This document shows positions 50,410-64,000 of a stretch of 64,000 nucleotides of DNA, one piece after another (within the stretch, counting starts at the first letter, position 1; the number at the start of each line of letters is the position of its first letter). Source of the stretch: Octopus sinensis. Taxonomy: Eukaryota. Below the pieces are notes generated by a model. That model saw only the letters and a program-made list of their open reading frames with translations, ran no database searches and was not told where the DNA came from. Made by a program: the position numbers and the translations under genes. The stretch spans positions 13,392,001 through 13,456,000 of the forward strand of contig NC_043018.1 of NCBI RefSeq assembly GCF_006345805.1. Reading direction: 5' to 3'.

Positions 50410-50620
50410 GTATGTGTGTCTGTGTTTGTCCCCCTAGCATTGCTTGATAACCGATGCTGGTGTGTTTACGTCCCCGTCACTTAGGGGTTCGGCAAAAGAG
50501 ACCGATAGAATAAGTACTGGGCTTACAAAGAATAAGTCCCGGGGTCGATTTGCTCGACTAAAGGCGGTGCTCCAGCATGGCCGCAGTCAAATGACTGAAA
50601 GAAGTAAAAGAGTAAAGAGT
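50207..50620 (+). mobile_element. tRNA-headed SINE family 1, full-length representative. Other copies or parts at about 3390-3785(-), 6315-6545(-), 7599-7840(-), 15770-16110(-), 23261-23670(+), 28440-28670(+), 29240-29400(-), 32900-33065(+), 48125-48225(-), 48725-48895(+), 52826-52985(+), 53510-53720(+), 55160-55525(+), 63300-63690(-)
   Basis: A box TGGCTxTGTGG, B box GGTTCAGTCCC, CORE-like CTTGGGCAAGTG, internal (AT)n/(GT)n, tail GACTGAAA..AGTAAAAG; more than 12 copies. Confidence 0.88.
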
Positions 50621-51843
50621 AAGTCGAACGTTGTAATTATTATAATAAAAATGTGTCAATATCAATTTAAAATTTTGTCACAAGGCCAACAATTTCGATG
50701 AGTAGAACTAACTCGATTCCATTGACTCCAGTGCTCAACTGGTACTTATTTTATCGACCCCTGAAGGATAAAAGGTAAAGTCAACCTCGGCAGAATTTTA
50801 ACTCAGAACATGAAGACGGACGAAATATTGCTTAAGCATTTTCATAATGTATTAATGTTTGAAAATGAAAGCTAAAAAGAATTTCACGGTGGAGACGCCT
50901 AGTGTGATAAGTCAGTGGGAATGAAGTCGGTGGATCACTGAGCAGTGGTGAAGGGTGGAAATGAATTTAAGTCCTGACAGGTGTAGGAATGTGGTAGGAT
51001 TTACCAAGTGGGATGGTCTCGGTGATCTAATTCATTTGCTATAACGAGAGAATTGTGTTTATCATTGTTCTTAGTATGTCAGATACCCTTCAGGTATTAC
51101 CTCCGTCATGCTGTTGGCATTCCTAATGAGTATTGCTATGCTGCTCTATGTTTATATAAAGGTGTGGCTGTGTGGTAAGATGGTTGCTTCCCAGGCGAGG
51201 AGCTGGCAGAAACGTTAGCACGCTGGGCGAAATGCTCACCGGTATTTCGTCTGCCACTACGTTCTGAGTTCAAATTCCGCCGAGGTCGACTTTGCCTTTC
51301 ATCCTTTCGGGGTCGATAAAGTAAGTACCAGTTACGCACTGGGGTCGATGTAATCGACTTAACACCTATGTCTGTCCTTGTTTGTCCCCTCTGTGTTTAG
51401 CTCCTTGTGGGTAATAAAGAAATAGGTATTTCGTCTGCCGCTACGTTCTGAGTTCTAACCCCGCCGAGGTCGACTTTGCCTTTCATCCTTTCGGGGTCGA
51501 TAAATTAAGCACCAGTTACGCACTGGGGTCGATATAATCGACTTAATCCGTTTGTCTGTCCTTGTTTGTCCTCTCTGTGTTTAGCCCCTTGTGGGTAGTA
51601 AAGAAATAGGTTGCTTCCCAACCACATGATTCTGTGTTCTGTCCCACCAAGTGGCATCTTGGTCTTAGGCAGGTGTCTTCGACAATAGCATCAAGCCGAC
51701 CAAAGCCGTGTGAGTGGATTTGGTTGACAGAAACTGAAAGGAACCCGTTGTATGTGTGAGCGTGTGTGTGTGTGTGTGTGCGTGTGTGTGATAAAAGATA
51801 AAAGATAGACACACACTCACACACACATAGATAATTGTGAATT

Positions 51844-51903
<60 letters not shown>

Positions 51904-52389
51904 GTAGATAGATATACACGACGGGTTTCTTTGGGTTCCCGAGTGTGAAATCCACTCACAAGGCTTTCGTGAATTTACTCAACCAGCTCTGTTGCTCTTA
52001 CGTGCCTCTCCCACCCTTATCTCTAATCAACCCTCACCTTCTGTCAACCGTCCTTGAACCTTTGTACCTGCGAAAATCATGTTAGGCACGTACAAGTTAA
52101 TCCTCAAGGAATCTGGAGCATATTATAAGTTTCCGTAGCATTTTTGGCCAACTTAACCCTGCCTTCCATTCTCCACTGCGTTTTGCAAACTAGTCAGATG
52201 TGGCGAGCCATGTTTAAGAAGGCTTTTTTCAAAGTGCTGTCACAGCCGTCTCCTTCAATCCGGAATAACAAAAGTTGGCAGATCAGCTTATGTGTTCGGT
52301 AATGGTATAAATCCTTAAAAATGTTTCAGCCCGAAAGCTGCGCCCATGCTGGGGCACCACTGTTGAATGAGCTACACTAGTATGTAAAA

Positions 52390-52690
52390 CCACGTCTTGT
52401 ACGTGGCACTTGGTCAGCAAGGGAGTTCGACGCCGCTGCCCGCATCTGTGTTTCCTGCCGAGATGTAGGTTCATCTGGAACCCCTGACAAGAAGAGATCC
52501 AGTTAAGTTTTAAAGAAACCCACAGCCACACCATGCAGGTTGTTCAGGCATTTAGGAAGGATATTGAAGAGCTGTGGTCCCCTGAAACCCAAGCTGTTGC
52601 AGTATCTGGTCCTGTATTTTGATGGTGATGTTGGGATCTTTGGTACCATGCAGTGACACCCCGTTCTGCTGTTGGGGGTAACTTTCAACA
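52390..52690 (-). mobile_element. CR1/L2-group LINE 3' end
   Basis: NSLGFRGPQLFNILPKCL.NL..V..GFFKT*LDLFLSGVPDEP is typical of CR1-group ORF2 C-termini. Confidence 0.7.
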
Positions 52691-52773
52691 GACATTATAA
52701 TAATCTCGGACAGTTATAAGCCTCAAAACTTCTGAAATTCGCCTCTTCGTGTGTGCCTGGTGTGGTGTGTGTG

Positions 52774-52819
<46 letters not shown>

Positions 52820-53725
52820 ATACGCAGGCGTGGCTGTGTGGTAACAAGTTTGCTTCCCAACCACGTAGTTCCGAGGTCAGTCCCACTGTGTGGCATCTTA
52901 GGCAAGTGTCTTCAGCTTTACCTCGGCCCGACCGAAGCCTTGTTAATAGTTTTGATAGGCGGAAACTGAAAGAAGCCCGTCACACACACATACACCTTAA
53001 TATAAATTTGAGTGATGTTTCTCTGTTCATTAACTCCTCCTAGACCGTTGGTGCAAAAATAACAAAACTCAAACCAGCAATTCCCCTAATCCCAAGGAAT
53101 GGAGGTGTATATTTTTAAGGGCTACCTAATTGAGATCCCACTGACACCCCTATTTTTACAGTATTTTAAACTAAATAGATGGCATTGGAAACCAAATCGA
53201 AGCAAAGACAATGAATTTCATACCATGAACTCCCAGGGAGTATCTTAAGGAGGCTCAATTTCTGAAGGGTCACTTAAATGGGGCTCCACTCACTCCCTTA
53301 TTTTTACTTCATTTACCTCGCTCCTACACTGATTGATTAAACTATGATCAGCATCAGTGCTTAGAACATTTGCAGGAATAAGCTTCATCACACAAGGGTA
53401 GAGGGCCGCAAAGCAACCCGATAGTGGGGCCGAAGACCCGAAAAGTGATATCCGCAGGAGTAAGCCTCAATGGTGGCTTCAAGGCTACACCTAGGTATGT
53501 ATATGTCTGTGTGTATGTGTCTTTGCGTCCGTGTCTGTCCTCCCACCACCAATCCACAGCCGGTGTTTACGTTCCTGTAACTTAGCAGTTCGGCAAAAGA
53601 ACCCGATAGAACAAGTACCAGGTTTAAAAAAAAAACAAATACCTCGGCTGATTCATTTGACTAAAAATTCTCAAGCCGGTGCCCCAACATGGGCATAGTC
53701 TAAGGACTGAAGCAAAAAGCAACAG

Positions 53726-53764
<39 letters not shown>

Positions 53765-54247
53765 CGTGTGTGTGTGTGTGTGTAATATTGCTTCATATAT
53801 TTTATATAATAGTCTGTCAGTGAGAGACCGTAACGAGAATGCAGACGATACAAAGATTGAGAGAGGAATTGATTCACGCTCCATAAAATTTCTAATGATG
53901 ATCGCCCGCAGCCAGTTTGATTTGTTAAATTTGTATAGCAGTCTCAGTTTGTGTAGAAACGATACAGTACAAGGCATAGGTGTTTCCACGATAAAAGTAC
54001 AAGGCATGTACCTGCATAGATTATCCCATTATTCAGTGTGCTACAAAATGATTGGAAAACCAATGTATTTACCTATCAAACCTTGAACTGGTGAATTAGA
54101 GTAAGAATACAGACGAACGTAGACACATAAGTGTTTGTTTGTGTGTGTGTGTGTACGTACACGCACACATACATCCACTCACGCACATATACTTATACAC
54201 ACACACACAGACATATAGTCCCATACATACACATGAATACATAGGCG

Positions 54248-54321
<74 letters not shown>

Positions 54322-54389
54322 GTACTTACTTACCTACCTACCTACTTACCTACCTACATACCTACCTACCTACCTACCTAAATATCTAC

Positions 54390-54440
<51 letters not shown>

Positions 54441-54457
54441 CCTATCTATCTATCTAA

Positions 54458-54505
<48 letters not shown>

Positions 54506-54553
54506 GTACTTACTTACCTACCTACCTACTTACCTACCTACCTAAATATCTAC

Positions 54554-54647
<94 letters not shown>

Positions 54648-54729
54648 GTCGAGCCAGTTGTCCATCCATCCATGCGTAGAACTATGGAAGGCCAGGAAGG
54701 CACACTAAACAGGTTTACCATAGCATAAT

Positions 54730-55000
54730 CAAATCTTGCGATTAAGAACGAAAGACTTGCTTTGGCGGAGACCTTTATGTCCACAGCTTGTCTTAGCTTT
54801 ACGTGCAAATCGTACACAAGCTGCCTGGATGAATTGCCCCAAGAGCATTGTGAATCTAACGATATAATAACTGACGAGCAGGCAAGTGGAAGAAAGGAGT
54901 GTTCGGGATGTGCCGAACCACTTTTGTTTATAAGCTGTTCTGTCAGAAGTGAAATACAACGCGGAAAACTTGTGACAGTACGGCTTAATTAGAGAAAGGC
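54730..55000 (+). mobile_element. Highly degenerate R2/R4-type RT fragment
   Basis: ACLSFTCKSYTSCL..LQEHC..NDIITDEQASG resembles the RT domain 1-2 motif (PITCL..YKLYTS...TxEQAG). Confidence 0.5.
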
Positions 55001-55332
55001 ATTCAAATCCGACCCACACCCAGAGGTACCGAAGTCTCTACAGCTGACAAAAAGAAAGTACCTGATGATTTATCTGCTGCCATGGAATGTTCGTGAAGGC
55101 ATTCGCTACCCTCAGGCACCAACGGAAAATAGAATGATTGATTTCATAAATATTTCAACAAGGAGTGGCTGTGTGGTAAGTAGCTTGCTTACCAACCACA
55201 TGGTTCCGGGTTCAGTCCCACCGCGTGGCACCTTGGGCAAGTGTCTTCTACTATAGCCTCGGGCCGACCAAAGCCTTGTGAGTGGATTTGATAAACGGAA
55301 ACTGAAAGAAGCCGTCGTATATATGTATATAT

Positions 55333-55380
<48 letters not shown>

Positions 55381-55847
55381 CATATGTTTGTCCCCCCAAC
55401 ATCGCCTTGACAACCGATGCTGGTGTGTTTACGTCCCCGTCACTTAGCGGTTCGGCAAGAGAACCGATAAAATAAGTACTAGGCTTACAAATAATAAGTC
55501 CGGGGTCGATATGCTCGACTAAAAGCTGAGGGTATATCAGCCGAAATGTTGTGTTAACAACAAACAGATGAGGACAAATATCCTCAAATGTAAATAATAC
55601 AAATATGTACATATTCCTCATCTCTCTCTTAAATATAGAACTCTACTTACTGATTGTAAACTACACACATACACACCAAATATATATACACACATAATGA
55701 AAACCCCACTGAATGGGAAAAGCGCTAATAATCCGAATGATATGATCTGAATGATATGATATAATATGTGTAAAATGTAATATATAAATAAATATCTATA
55801 AATATGAACCATCCGATCTGATTACCTCATTTCTTCTATATATATAC

Positions 55848-55880
<33 letters not shown>

Positions 55881-55978
55881 GGAAGGTTTGAGATGATGTA
55901 CAGGTATGATATATTAGAAGAAATGAGGTACTCAGAAAATCGGATGTTTATATTTAAAGATATTATTTGTATATTATA

Positions 55979-56009
<31 letters not shown>

Positions 56010-56168
56010 CTATATATATATATAATATATATATTATAATCTATATATATATATAATATATATTATATATAATATATATATATAGTGTAGGTCCCGGTTG
56101 ATTCGGGGTTAACCACAGTAAATAAGGTACCAATACATAGCAGAGTAAAATTAATTATATATAGAAGG

Positions 56169-56219
56169 AGCTTCTACAGGACTAGAACTGTTTCATTCAA
56201 GAGAAATCTTCAGGAAGCT
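56169..56219 (-). ncRNA. Compact type I hammerhead motif (inverted copy of 59191-59241)
   Basis: Reverse complement with the same core. Confidence 0.72.
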
Positions 56220-56365
56220 AGTTACAAGAATTGTATTGGCATTTATCCTTTAGGCAGGTTTAAAGGGGTGTTGGTGGGGGACTTTTTTGGGGGTAGGCAT
56301 AGCGCAAAAAATCATACTTGGGGGAGTGGTCAAGGGGTCAGTTTAAATTAGATAGGAGAAAAAAT

Positions 56366-56410
<45 letters not shown>

Positions 56411-56739
56411 TAAAAATAAAAAATATAAATATAAAAATAAAAAATAAAATAAAAATAAAAAATAGAAAATAAAAAATATAAAAACTATAAAAAATAAAAA
56501 ATAAAAATAAAAATAAAAAAATTTAAACAACTCCCAAATTGTATGCATAAGAAGTATGCGAACTACAAGAACTATAGACCTACCCGGCAACCATTGATGA
56601 ACCCCCCCACCCACAAACCCCCCCAATCCCACCACCGTCCCCCTAGCACCCCCGATTACCTTTTCTCCTAAGACCTTTCACATATTGTATGTGCACGCTT
56701 GTAGATGTGTATCGTATATATGTATAGAAATGTATGGGT

Positions 56740-57729
56740 AGATAGGATTATACGCATGTATTATGTGTGTGTGTGCGTGTATGTATGTAAAAAAATATAT
56801 ATGTGTGTATATATGTATGTGTGTTGTATATATATATATATATATTTGTGTGTATATGTATGTATATAATATATATATATATTATATGTATGTGCGTGTG
56901 TGTGTTGTGGTGTGGGTATAGTATGTATCTATGTATGTATGTATATATGTATATTTGTGTGTATGCATATGTATGTGTATATGTATGTGTGTATGTAATA
57001 TATGTGTGTAAGTGTGTGTATATATGTAAATGTAAGTGTGTGTGCTTGTATGAGAATGTATGTATGTTTGCCACACATGTATATATGTGTGTGTATGTGT
57101 GTGTGTATGTATATGTGTGGTAAATATATATAATATTAATATATATATATATATATGTATACATATATATATATATGTGTATAATATATGTGTATTATAT
57201 ATGTGTATGTGAGTGTGTGTGTATACATGTGTGTATGTGTATGTATGTATGTATATATATGCGTGTGCATGGGTATATGTATATGTACATATGCGCGTAC
57301 GCTCGTGTGTTTATGTATTTGTAGTACGTAGAGTTATCTATATTTATTGTACATGTGTAAGTATGTGTATATATATGTATGTATGTGTATGTATATGTAT
57401 GTGTATGGGTGTGTGTGTGGTATATATATATTATATATATATATATATATATGTATGTTGTGTATGTGTAATATGTAGGTGTATGGTGTGTATGTATATA
57501 TTTATATATATGTGTGTGTATGTATGTATGTGGTTATATAATATATCTATATATATATATATATATATCTATATATGTATATATATATATTATATATATC
57601 TATGTGTGTAAGTTTATTATATGTATGTATCCGTCTATATAATAGGTAACTGCACGTACATATACTTAATATTTATTTTTTAGTATGCATGTAAGTATGA
57701 ATATATATATGTTATATATGTTTATATAT

Positions 57730-57777
<48 letters not shown>

Positions 57778-57906
57778 ATGTATGTATATATGTACTTGTA
57801 TGTATTTGTATGTAGGTGTACATGTATGTATGTGTGTGTATTTATACTTATGGGGTATGTATAGACTAGCCTTCGAAGAGTGTAGACATGAATCTGTAGG
57901 TACGCG

Positions 57907-57966
<60 letters not shown>

Positions 57967-58867
57967 GTACATTATTATTTGTATGTAGGTGTACATGTAT
58001 TGTGTGTATTTATATTTATTGGTGTATATGTATAGACTAGCCTTCTAAGAGTGTAGACATGAATCTGTAGGTACGCGTACGTATGTGTATATACGTGAAT
58101 GTATGTAGATGTATGTATGTATGAATATAACGCGTGCGTGCGTGTATCGTATGAGTGTACGAATGAGTGAGTGTACGTGCAAAAGAGTGTGCGTGAGTGG
58201 AATGAGTAATTGTTTTCCAGTAGACGGATAATGGTCTGGCTGTCATAGCCAGATGTTTGTGACCAAGCGGCCAAAGATAACAAAAGTAATAAACGAAGAT
58301 AATAAAATTAAAATTAGGGAATGGGTCTGTATTTGTATATGTATATATATATATGTGTGTATGTGTAGGTATGCATGGGTACACATATGTATATATATGT
58401 GTATATATGTATATATATGTGTATATATGTATATATATGTGTATGTATATATATGTGTATATGTATGTGTATGTATGCATATATATGTGTATGTATGTGT
58501 ATGTGTGGGTGTATATATATGTGTGTATGTGTATATATGTGTATATAGGGACTAGTGTGCTGTGTGTGCATGTGTGTGTATGGACTTGTGTGTGTATGCG
58601 TGTATGTGAGTAGATGTGTGTGTATGTGTATATATATATTTTTCTGTGTGTATATGTATGTGTGGTCGTGTGTGTATATATACATGTGTGTATACGTTAT
58701 GCAAGTGAGTGTGTGTATGTATATACATATATATGTGTATGTGTAGATATGTATGTATGTGTGATTGTATATATATGTGTGTATGTGTAGAGGTATAAGT
58801 GAGAATCTCCTTATTTACCTAAAACTCTATTCCCCCCCTTTATATGTATAATATATTATATATAATA

Positions 58868-58880
<13 letters not shown>
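56740..58880. repeat. Low-complexity (TA)/(TG) region with a ~105-bp tandem duplication (57803-57909 and 57976-58079)
   Basis: Direct inspection; the sequence looks noisy. Confidence 0.85.
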
Positions 58881-58898
<18 letters not shown>

Positions 58899-59190
58899 TT
58901 TATTTTTTATTTTAAATTTTTTTATTTTTATTTTTTTATTTTTTTATTTTTTATATTTTTTATTTTCTATTTTTTATTTTTATTCTTTATTTTTTATATT
59001 TTATATTTTTTATTTTTTATTTTTTATTTTTTATTTTTTTTTTTTCTTCTCCTATCTAATTTAACACTGACCCCTTGACCACTCCCCCAAGTATGATTTT
59101 TTGCGCTATGCCTACCCCCAAAAAAGTCTCCCACCAACACCCCTTTAAACCTGCCTAAATGTATAAATGCCAATACAATTCTTGTTAACT

Positions 59191-59241
59191 AGCTTCCTGA
59201 AGATTTCTCTTGAATGAAACAGTTCTAGTCCTGTAGAAGCT
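59191..59241 (+). ncRNA. Compact type I hammerhead motif
   Basis: AGCTTC-CTGAAGA-T-TTC-TCTT-GAA-T-GAAA-CAG-TTCTAGTC-CTG-TA^GAAGCT: 6-bp stem I, 4-bp stem III, GUA triplet. Confidence 0.75.
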
Positions 59242-59348
59242 CCTTCTATAAATAAATATATATTATAATATAATATATATATATATATATAATATATATA
59301 TATATGTATATATATATAATATATATATATAATATATATATATAATAA

Positions 59349-59379
<31 letters not shown>

Positions 59380-61141
59380 GTATATATATATGTATATATA
59401 TATGTATATATATATATATGTATTACATACAACATGCCCACAGCCCTAGGGCTGAAAAATATAAAAATAAAAGAATGTGTAATGTATATATGTATGTGCA
59501 TATATAAATATGTATATATGCGTCTATATAGATATATACCTCCACGCACATACATATAGATATGTGCGTGTGTACATGCACGTGTGTCGGGGTTGGGTGA
59601 AGGTAAAAATCAATGGAGCGACAATATAGACCCACATTAAATTATAGTGGTGACGGTAAGTTGATAGAAATCACTTGAAGTCGGTGCTCCAGCATGGCAG
59701 GTGCTCATTGACTGGAAAGCAGTAATACAACAAAATAACATAATGTTATGTGATACACTGTGATAAAGTTATCAACAAAAGGACCAAAGAAATTGCTACA
59801 TGTGTGTGTGTGTGTGTGTGTGAGTGTGTATGCGTGTGTATGTGTGTGTGTATGTGTGAGTGTGTGTGTGTGCGTGTGTGTATGTGTGTGTATGTGTGTG
59901 TGTATGTGTGAGTGTCTGTGTGTATGTGTGTGTGTGTGTGTGTGTGCGTGTATTCACACACACACACATACACATGCACACGCGCATACACACACACACA
60001 CATCTGCCATGCTTTATTCTAAGTAGCTGTATTGATTAAGCAGCTTTCATCTTCATTCTCTACAAACATACACAAATTCCGGAAGTGAAAACATGAAGCG
60101 GCGGAAGTGGATTGACTAAGGAGCAAATGAAAGAAAGGGAGAAAAAAAAAGCTTAATTAAAACAATAAATAAATAAGTAAATAAATATACGTGGTTGACG
60201 AATAAAGGGCTTAATGGAGTCGGGTGGGGAATTTGTTTCTTAAGGTTGATGGTTACAGAACAGCAGCTTATTATATTAACGGGTAGGGCCTATCAACAGA
60301 AGAACACAGGTTGGGCGACCACAATGGAAGCTGGCTGCTCGTTTTAAAAGTATATATGTACCAAGCTGTACGTGCACTGAAAGTTAAACAAATCTATCTC
60401 TGTCTCCCTCTCTCTCTCACTCCCCCTCCTCTCTCTCACTCCCTCTCCTCTCTCTCTGTACGCACACATATACATATTTATGATTATATTAAATCATATA
60501 TATATATTTCTTTATTACCCACAAGGGGCTAAACATAGAGGGGACAAACAAGGACACACATGGGTATTAAGTCGATTACATCGACTTCAGTGCGTAACTG
60601 GTACTTAATTTATCGACCCCGAAAGGATGAAAGGCAAAGTCAACGTGGACCAGTAGTTAGGGCAGCGGTCTCGCGGTCATAGGATCGCAGTTTCGATTCC
60701 CAGACGGGGCATTGTGTTTATTGAGCGAAAACACCTAAAGCTCTACGAGGCTCTGGCAGGGGTGGGGTGGCGATCCCTGTTGTACTCTTTCGCCACAACT
60801 TTCTCTCATTCTTTTTTTCTGTTGGCTTGCTCCCTTCAGCCAGCGGGGTGGCTAAAACATTTGAAGGCCAAAACAAAGCGCTTCGCATTGTGACCAGCGA
60901 TGTGTAGCAACATCTGATAGCCTGGTCGGTCACGGTGATCACGGTGATATATATACATGTGATGAAAGTAGCATTGATTTTCGTAGGTCGTTCAATTTGC
61001 CTTAATTGATCAATATTGTTCAAATTGAGGAAGCCTATCAGTAATGTACCTATAATGACTACTGGAAACACCTGTAAGCCGAAATTTGCTCAAATAAGAG
61101 AATTATATGTAATGACCATTATTTTTATTTGCTTCTCATAC

Positions 61142-61172
<31 letters not shown>

Positions 61173-61230
61173 AACAAACACACACACAAAAAAACAAAAA
61201 CAAAAACACACACACACACACCACACACAT

Positions 61231-61296
<66 letters not shown>

Positions 61297-61552
61297 GTAA
61301 AAATAATTACAGACATGGACAGAACATGAAAACACCCACAGAGACGACACAAGAACACAGGACGGGACATTCGAAGCCCTCAGTCATCAGTCAAGAACCA
61401 GATCATCTTAGCAATTTCGGCTGAATACACATACATATTAGCAGGAAGACGGCCTTCTGGGCGGTTTTCTGTTAGCCACTTGATAATATTTTCCCATTTG
61501 ATTTCCAATTCTAATAATTCTTATAGTGTTTGCCGCCGTTGTGCCTTTGCTG

Positions 61553-62588
61553 CTAAATATGAACCATTTTGTTGCACAATGCATCTCCACCTTTCCTTTA
61601 ACTTGAAAAATACCCTCTTCCCAGAATTGAAGTGGTTTCATGGCAAAGAATTCATCAAGGTATCTTTTTACGTCATCCAAGGAATTGAAATTTTTACCAT
61701 TAAGACTATTCTGCAGAGACCTGAATAAGTGGAAATCCGAAGGAGCAATATCTGGTGAATACGGAGGGTGGGGTAACACATCCCAGCCAAGCTGCAGCAA
61801 TTTTTGTCAGGTTCCCAAAGAAACATGCGGTCTTGCATTATCTTGTTGGAAAACAACATCCTTCCTATTGGCCAATTCTGGACGTTTCTCTTGAATTGCT
61901 GCTTCTAACTCGTTCAGTTGTGTGCAGTATTTCTCAGAATTAATTGTCTGATTACTTGGGAGAAGCTCATAGTACAGAATTCCTTTCCAATCCCACCAGA
62001 TACAAAGCAAGACTTTTTAGGATGAAGACCTGCTTTTGGGGTGGCTAAGGGTGGCTCATGTCGCTTACTCCAGGATCGCTTTCCCTGAACATTTCGGATT
62101 TTGAACGACGGATTTTGATAGGTTGAGGCTTTCTATCAATTCTCGGGTTGTACAATGTGGGTTATTCTCAATTAATGACTTGATTTGGTCATCATCTGTA
62201 GTGGATGGTCTGCCTGATCGCTCTTTATCAATAAAGCTACAATCTCCAGCTCGGAACCTTGCGGACCACTTCCATACAGTTCTTTCGGGTAAAGAAACAT
62301 CACCGTAAACTGCACATATTTCTTTGGTTGCTTGTGAGGCATTTTTTCTCTTTTCAGATAAAGAAAAGCATCACGCACTGAAAATGAACTTTCTTATCTT
62401 CCATTTTAAAGGGTTAGAAAATGAACACAGGTTATAGGAACATAAACCTTCTTCCACGAAAAGATAGCTTAAACTGTGCTCTGAATGGAGGTGTAGTCAA
62501 ATCCTATTTTATGGACTCAACCGTGTTCTAAAATAAGTCGAAAGGTAAGCTCCTATAAATCGGCATGAACTTTCCGGACAACCCAATA
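61553..62588 (-). mobile_element. Mariner element (mellifera-subfamily-like), disrupted, one TIR
   Basis: ATG at 62404 MEDKKVHF; LCIWWDWKG, QQDNARPH, LGWDVLPHPPYSPDIAPSDFHLF; TIR ends at 62588. Confidence 0.9.
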
Positions 62589-63506
62589 TAATAAACTGAA
62601 ACTGTAATTAAAATTTTCAGAGAACGAAAGAATGAGAAGGGTTCGTGTTTACTATTTTTGTTGATTGATAGAGATATATCTATTACAACGCGTATGGACC
62701 CTCCTCAAAATGCATAACACATAGCGTTACGCTTAACATACAGCACATCAAAATTAGAAATACGAGCATATTTCACATATCGTTAAAACAGACGTGACAC
62801 ACACCACTCACCATAAAAGAAATCTACATGAGCGAATATAAACACATATTTCCATTATTTTTAGCAGATAATAAATCAGGTTTTGCCTGACTGCTCTTCG
62901 TGAGCGTTGTTAATTGAACCATAGCAAGTCCTGCAAATAGTTACTCAAGATATTAAAATTATGGTGGGAGAATGAATATTAGAAACTCCAATGTTGTACA
63001 AGCCATGAGAAAGAATGTAAGAAATTTTATGAGATATTGAGTTTGACAACTTCAGAGGGCGGATATCAGTGAAATGTTGTAAGGAAAATATGGAAGACTA
63101 GGTGCAACGTAGAAGTTATTACGACATCATAAAAGTTGAAATTAGATGAGAATAAAATGCGAATCATGAAAACATTGTAGAGATTTAATCAATTTGTAGC
63201 ACTTTTATTGTTCATAAATTATCTTCAAGAATGCTATCATGTAGTATGTATGTATGTATGTATGTATGTATGTGTGTGTGTAAGTATGTATGTATTCTTT
63301 TATACTTTCTTTTACTTGTTTCAGTCTTTTGACTGTGGCCATGCTGGAGCACCGCCTTTTAGTCGAGCAAATCGACTCCAGGACTTATTCTTTGCAAGTT
63401 TAGTACTTATTCTGTCGGTCTCTTTTGCCGAACTGCTAAGTTATTGGGGATGTAAACACACCAGCATCGATTGTCAAGCGATGTTGGGGGGGGGGGGGAC
63501 AAACAA

Positions 63507-63541
<35 letters not shown>

Positions 63542-64000
63542 CGATGAGCTTCTTTCAGTTTCCGTCTACCAAATCCTCTCACAAGGCTTTGATCGGCCCG
63601 AGGCTATAGTAGAAGACACTCACCCAAGGTGCCATGCAGTGGTACTGAACCCGGAACCATGTGGTTCGTAAAGCAAGCTACTTACCACATGTACGTGTGT
63701 GTGTGTGTAGTTGTGAATAATGTCGAATGTTGTCATTAATGAATGTGCTATAAGAAAGTTGTCGGGAAATGGTGTTTTGGAAGAAATATGTGTGGGGGGG
63801 GGGAGTTTAGATATAACGCAAATATAGGTCATACTAAAAATACCAGATAATAATCCACAGGTATCTGTATTAGGAGAGGGCGTTTGTCTTGAGAATAAGT
63901 GTGTTACTAAGGCGTAAACAGAACTAATAATTAATTTCTTAAATTGCACTATGTAACACATTTTTCCTATCTTCGCCGAGTAAGTGTTATTTCCTATTTT

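Noticed and set aside
53390-53460. GC-rich patch considered as an HDV-like or twister ribozyme
   Set aside because: Could not build the P3/P1.1 or twister pseudoknots by eye.

Overview
AT-rich, microsatellite-dense animal DNA, most likely a coleoid cephalopod (Octopus-like, inferred from its SINE families and repeat load). One protein-coding gene is present: a 13-coding-exon chitin synthase on the minus strand (CDS 36157->10520). All introns are GT-AG with matching phases, giving a CDS of 4917 nt and about 1638 aa. The catalytic motifs CATMWHET, DGD, GEDRW, QRRRW and SWGTRE are intact, and no myosin head is visible. The rest is transposon-derived: several tRNA-headed SINE families, R4/Dong-clade non-LTR elements inserted in (TAA)n tracts, six Tc1/mariner remnants, RTE and CR1/L2 fragments, and Penelope-like (PLE) RT and GIY-YIG fossils. 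The most striking unannotated signal is a set of nine intact or near-intact type I hammerhead-ribozyme motifs in four sequence families. Most sit in short foldback (inverted-repeat) units with the ribozymes pointing outward. One copy lies in sense 1.4 kb downstream of the chitin synthase stop and contains the first canonical AATAAA after that stop. Several chitin synthase exons are abutted or bracketed by local inverted or direct repeats. All structures and coordinates were read by eye; nothing was folded, aligned or searched computationally.
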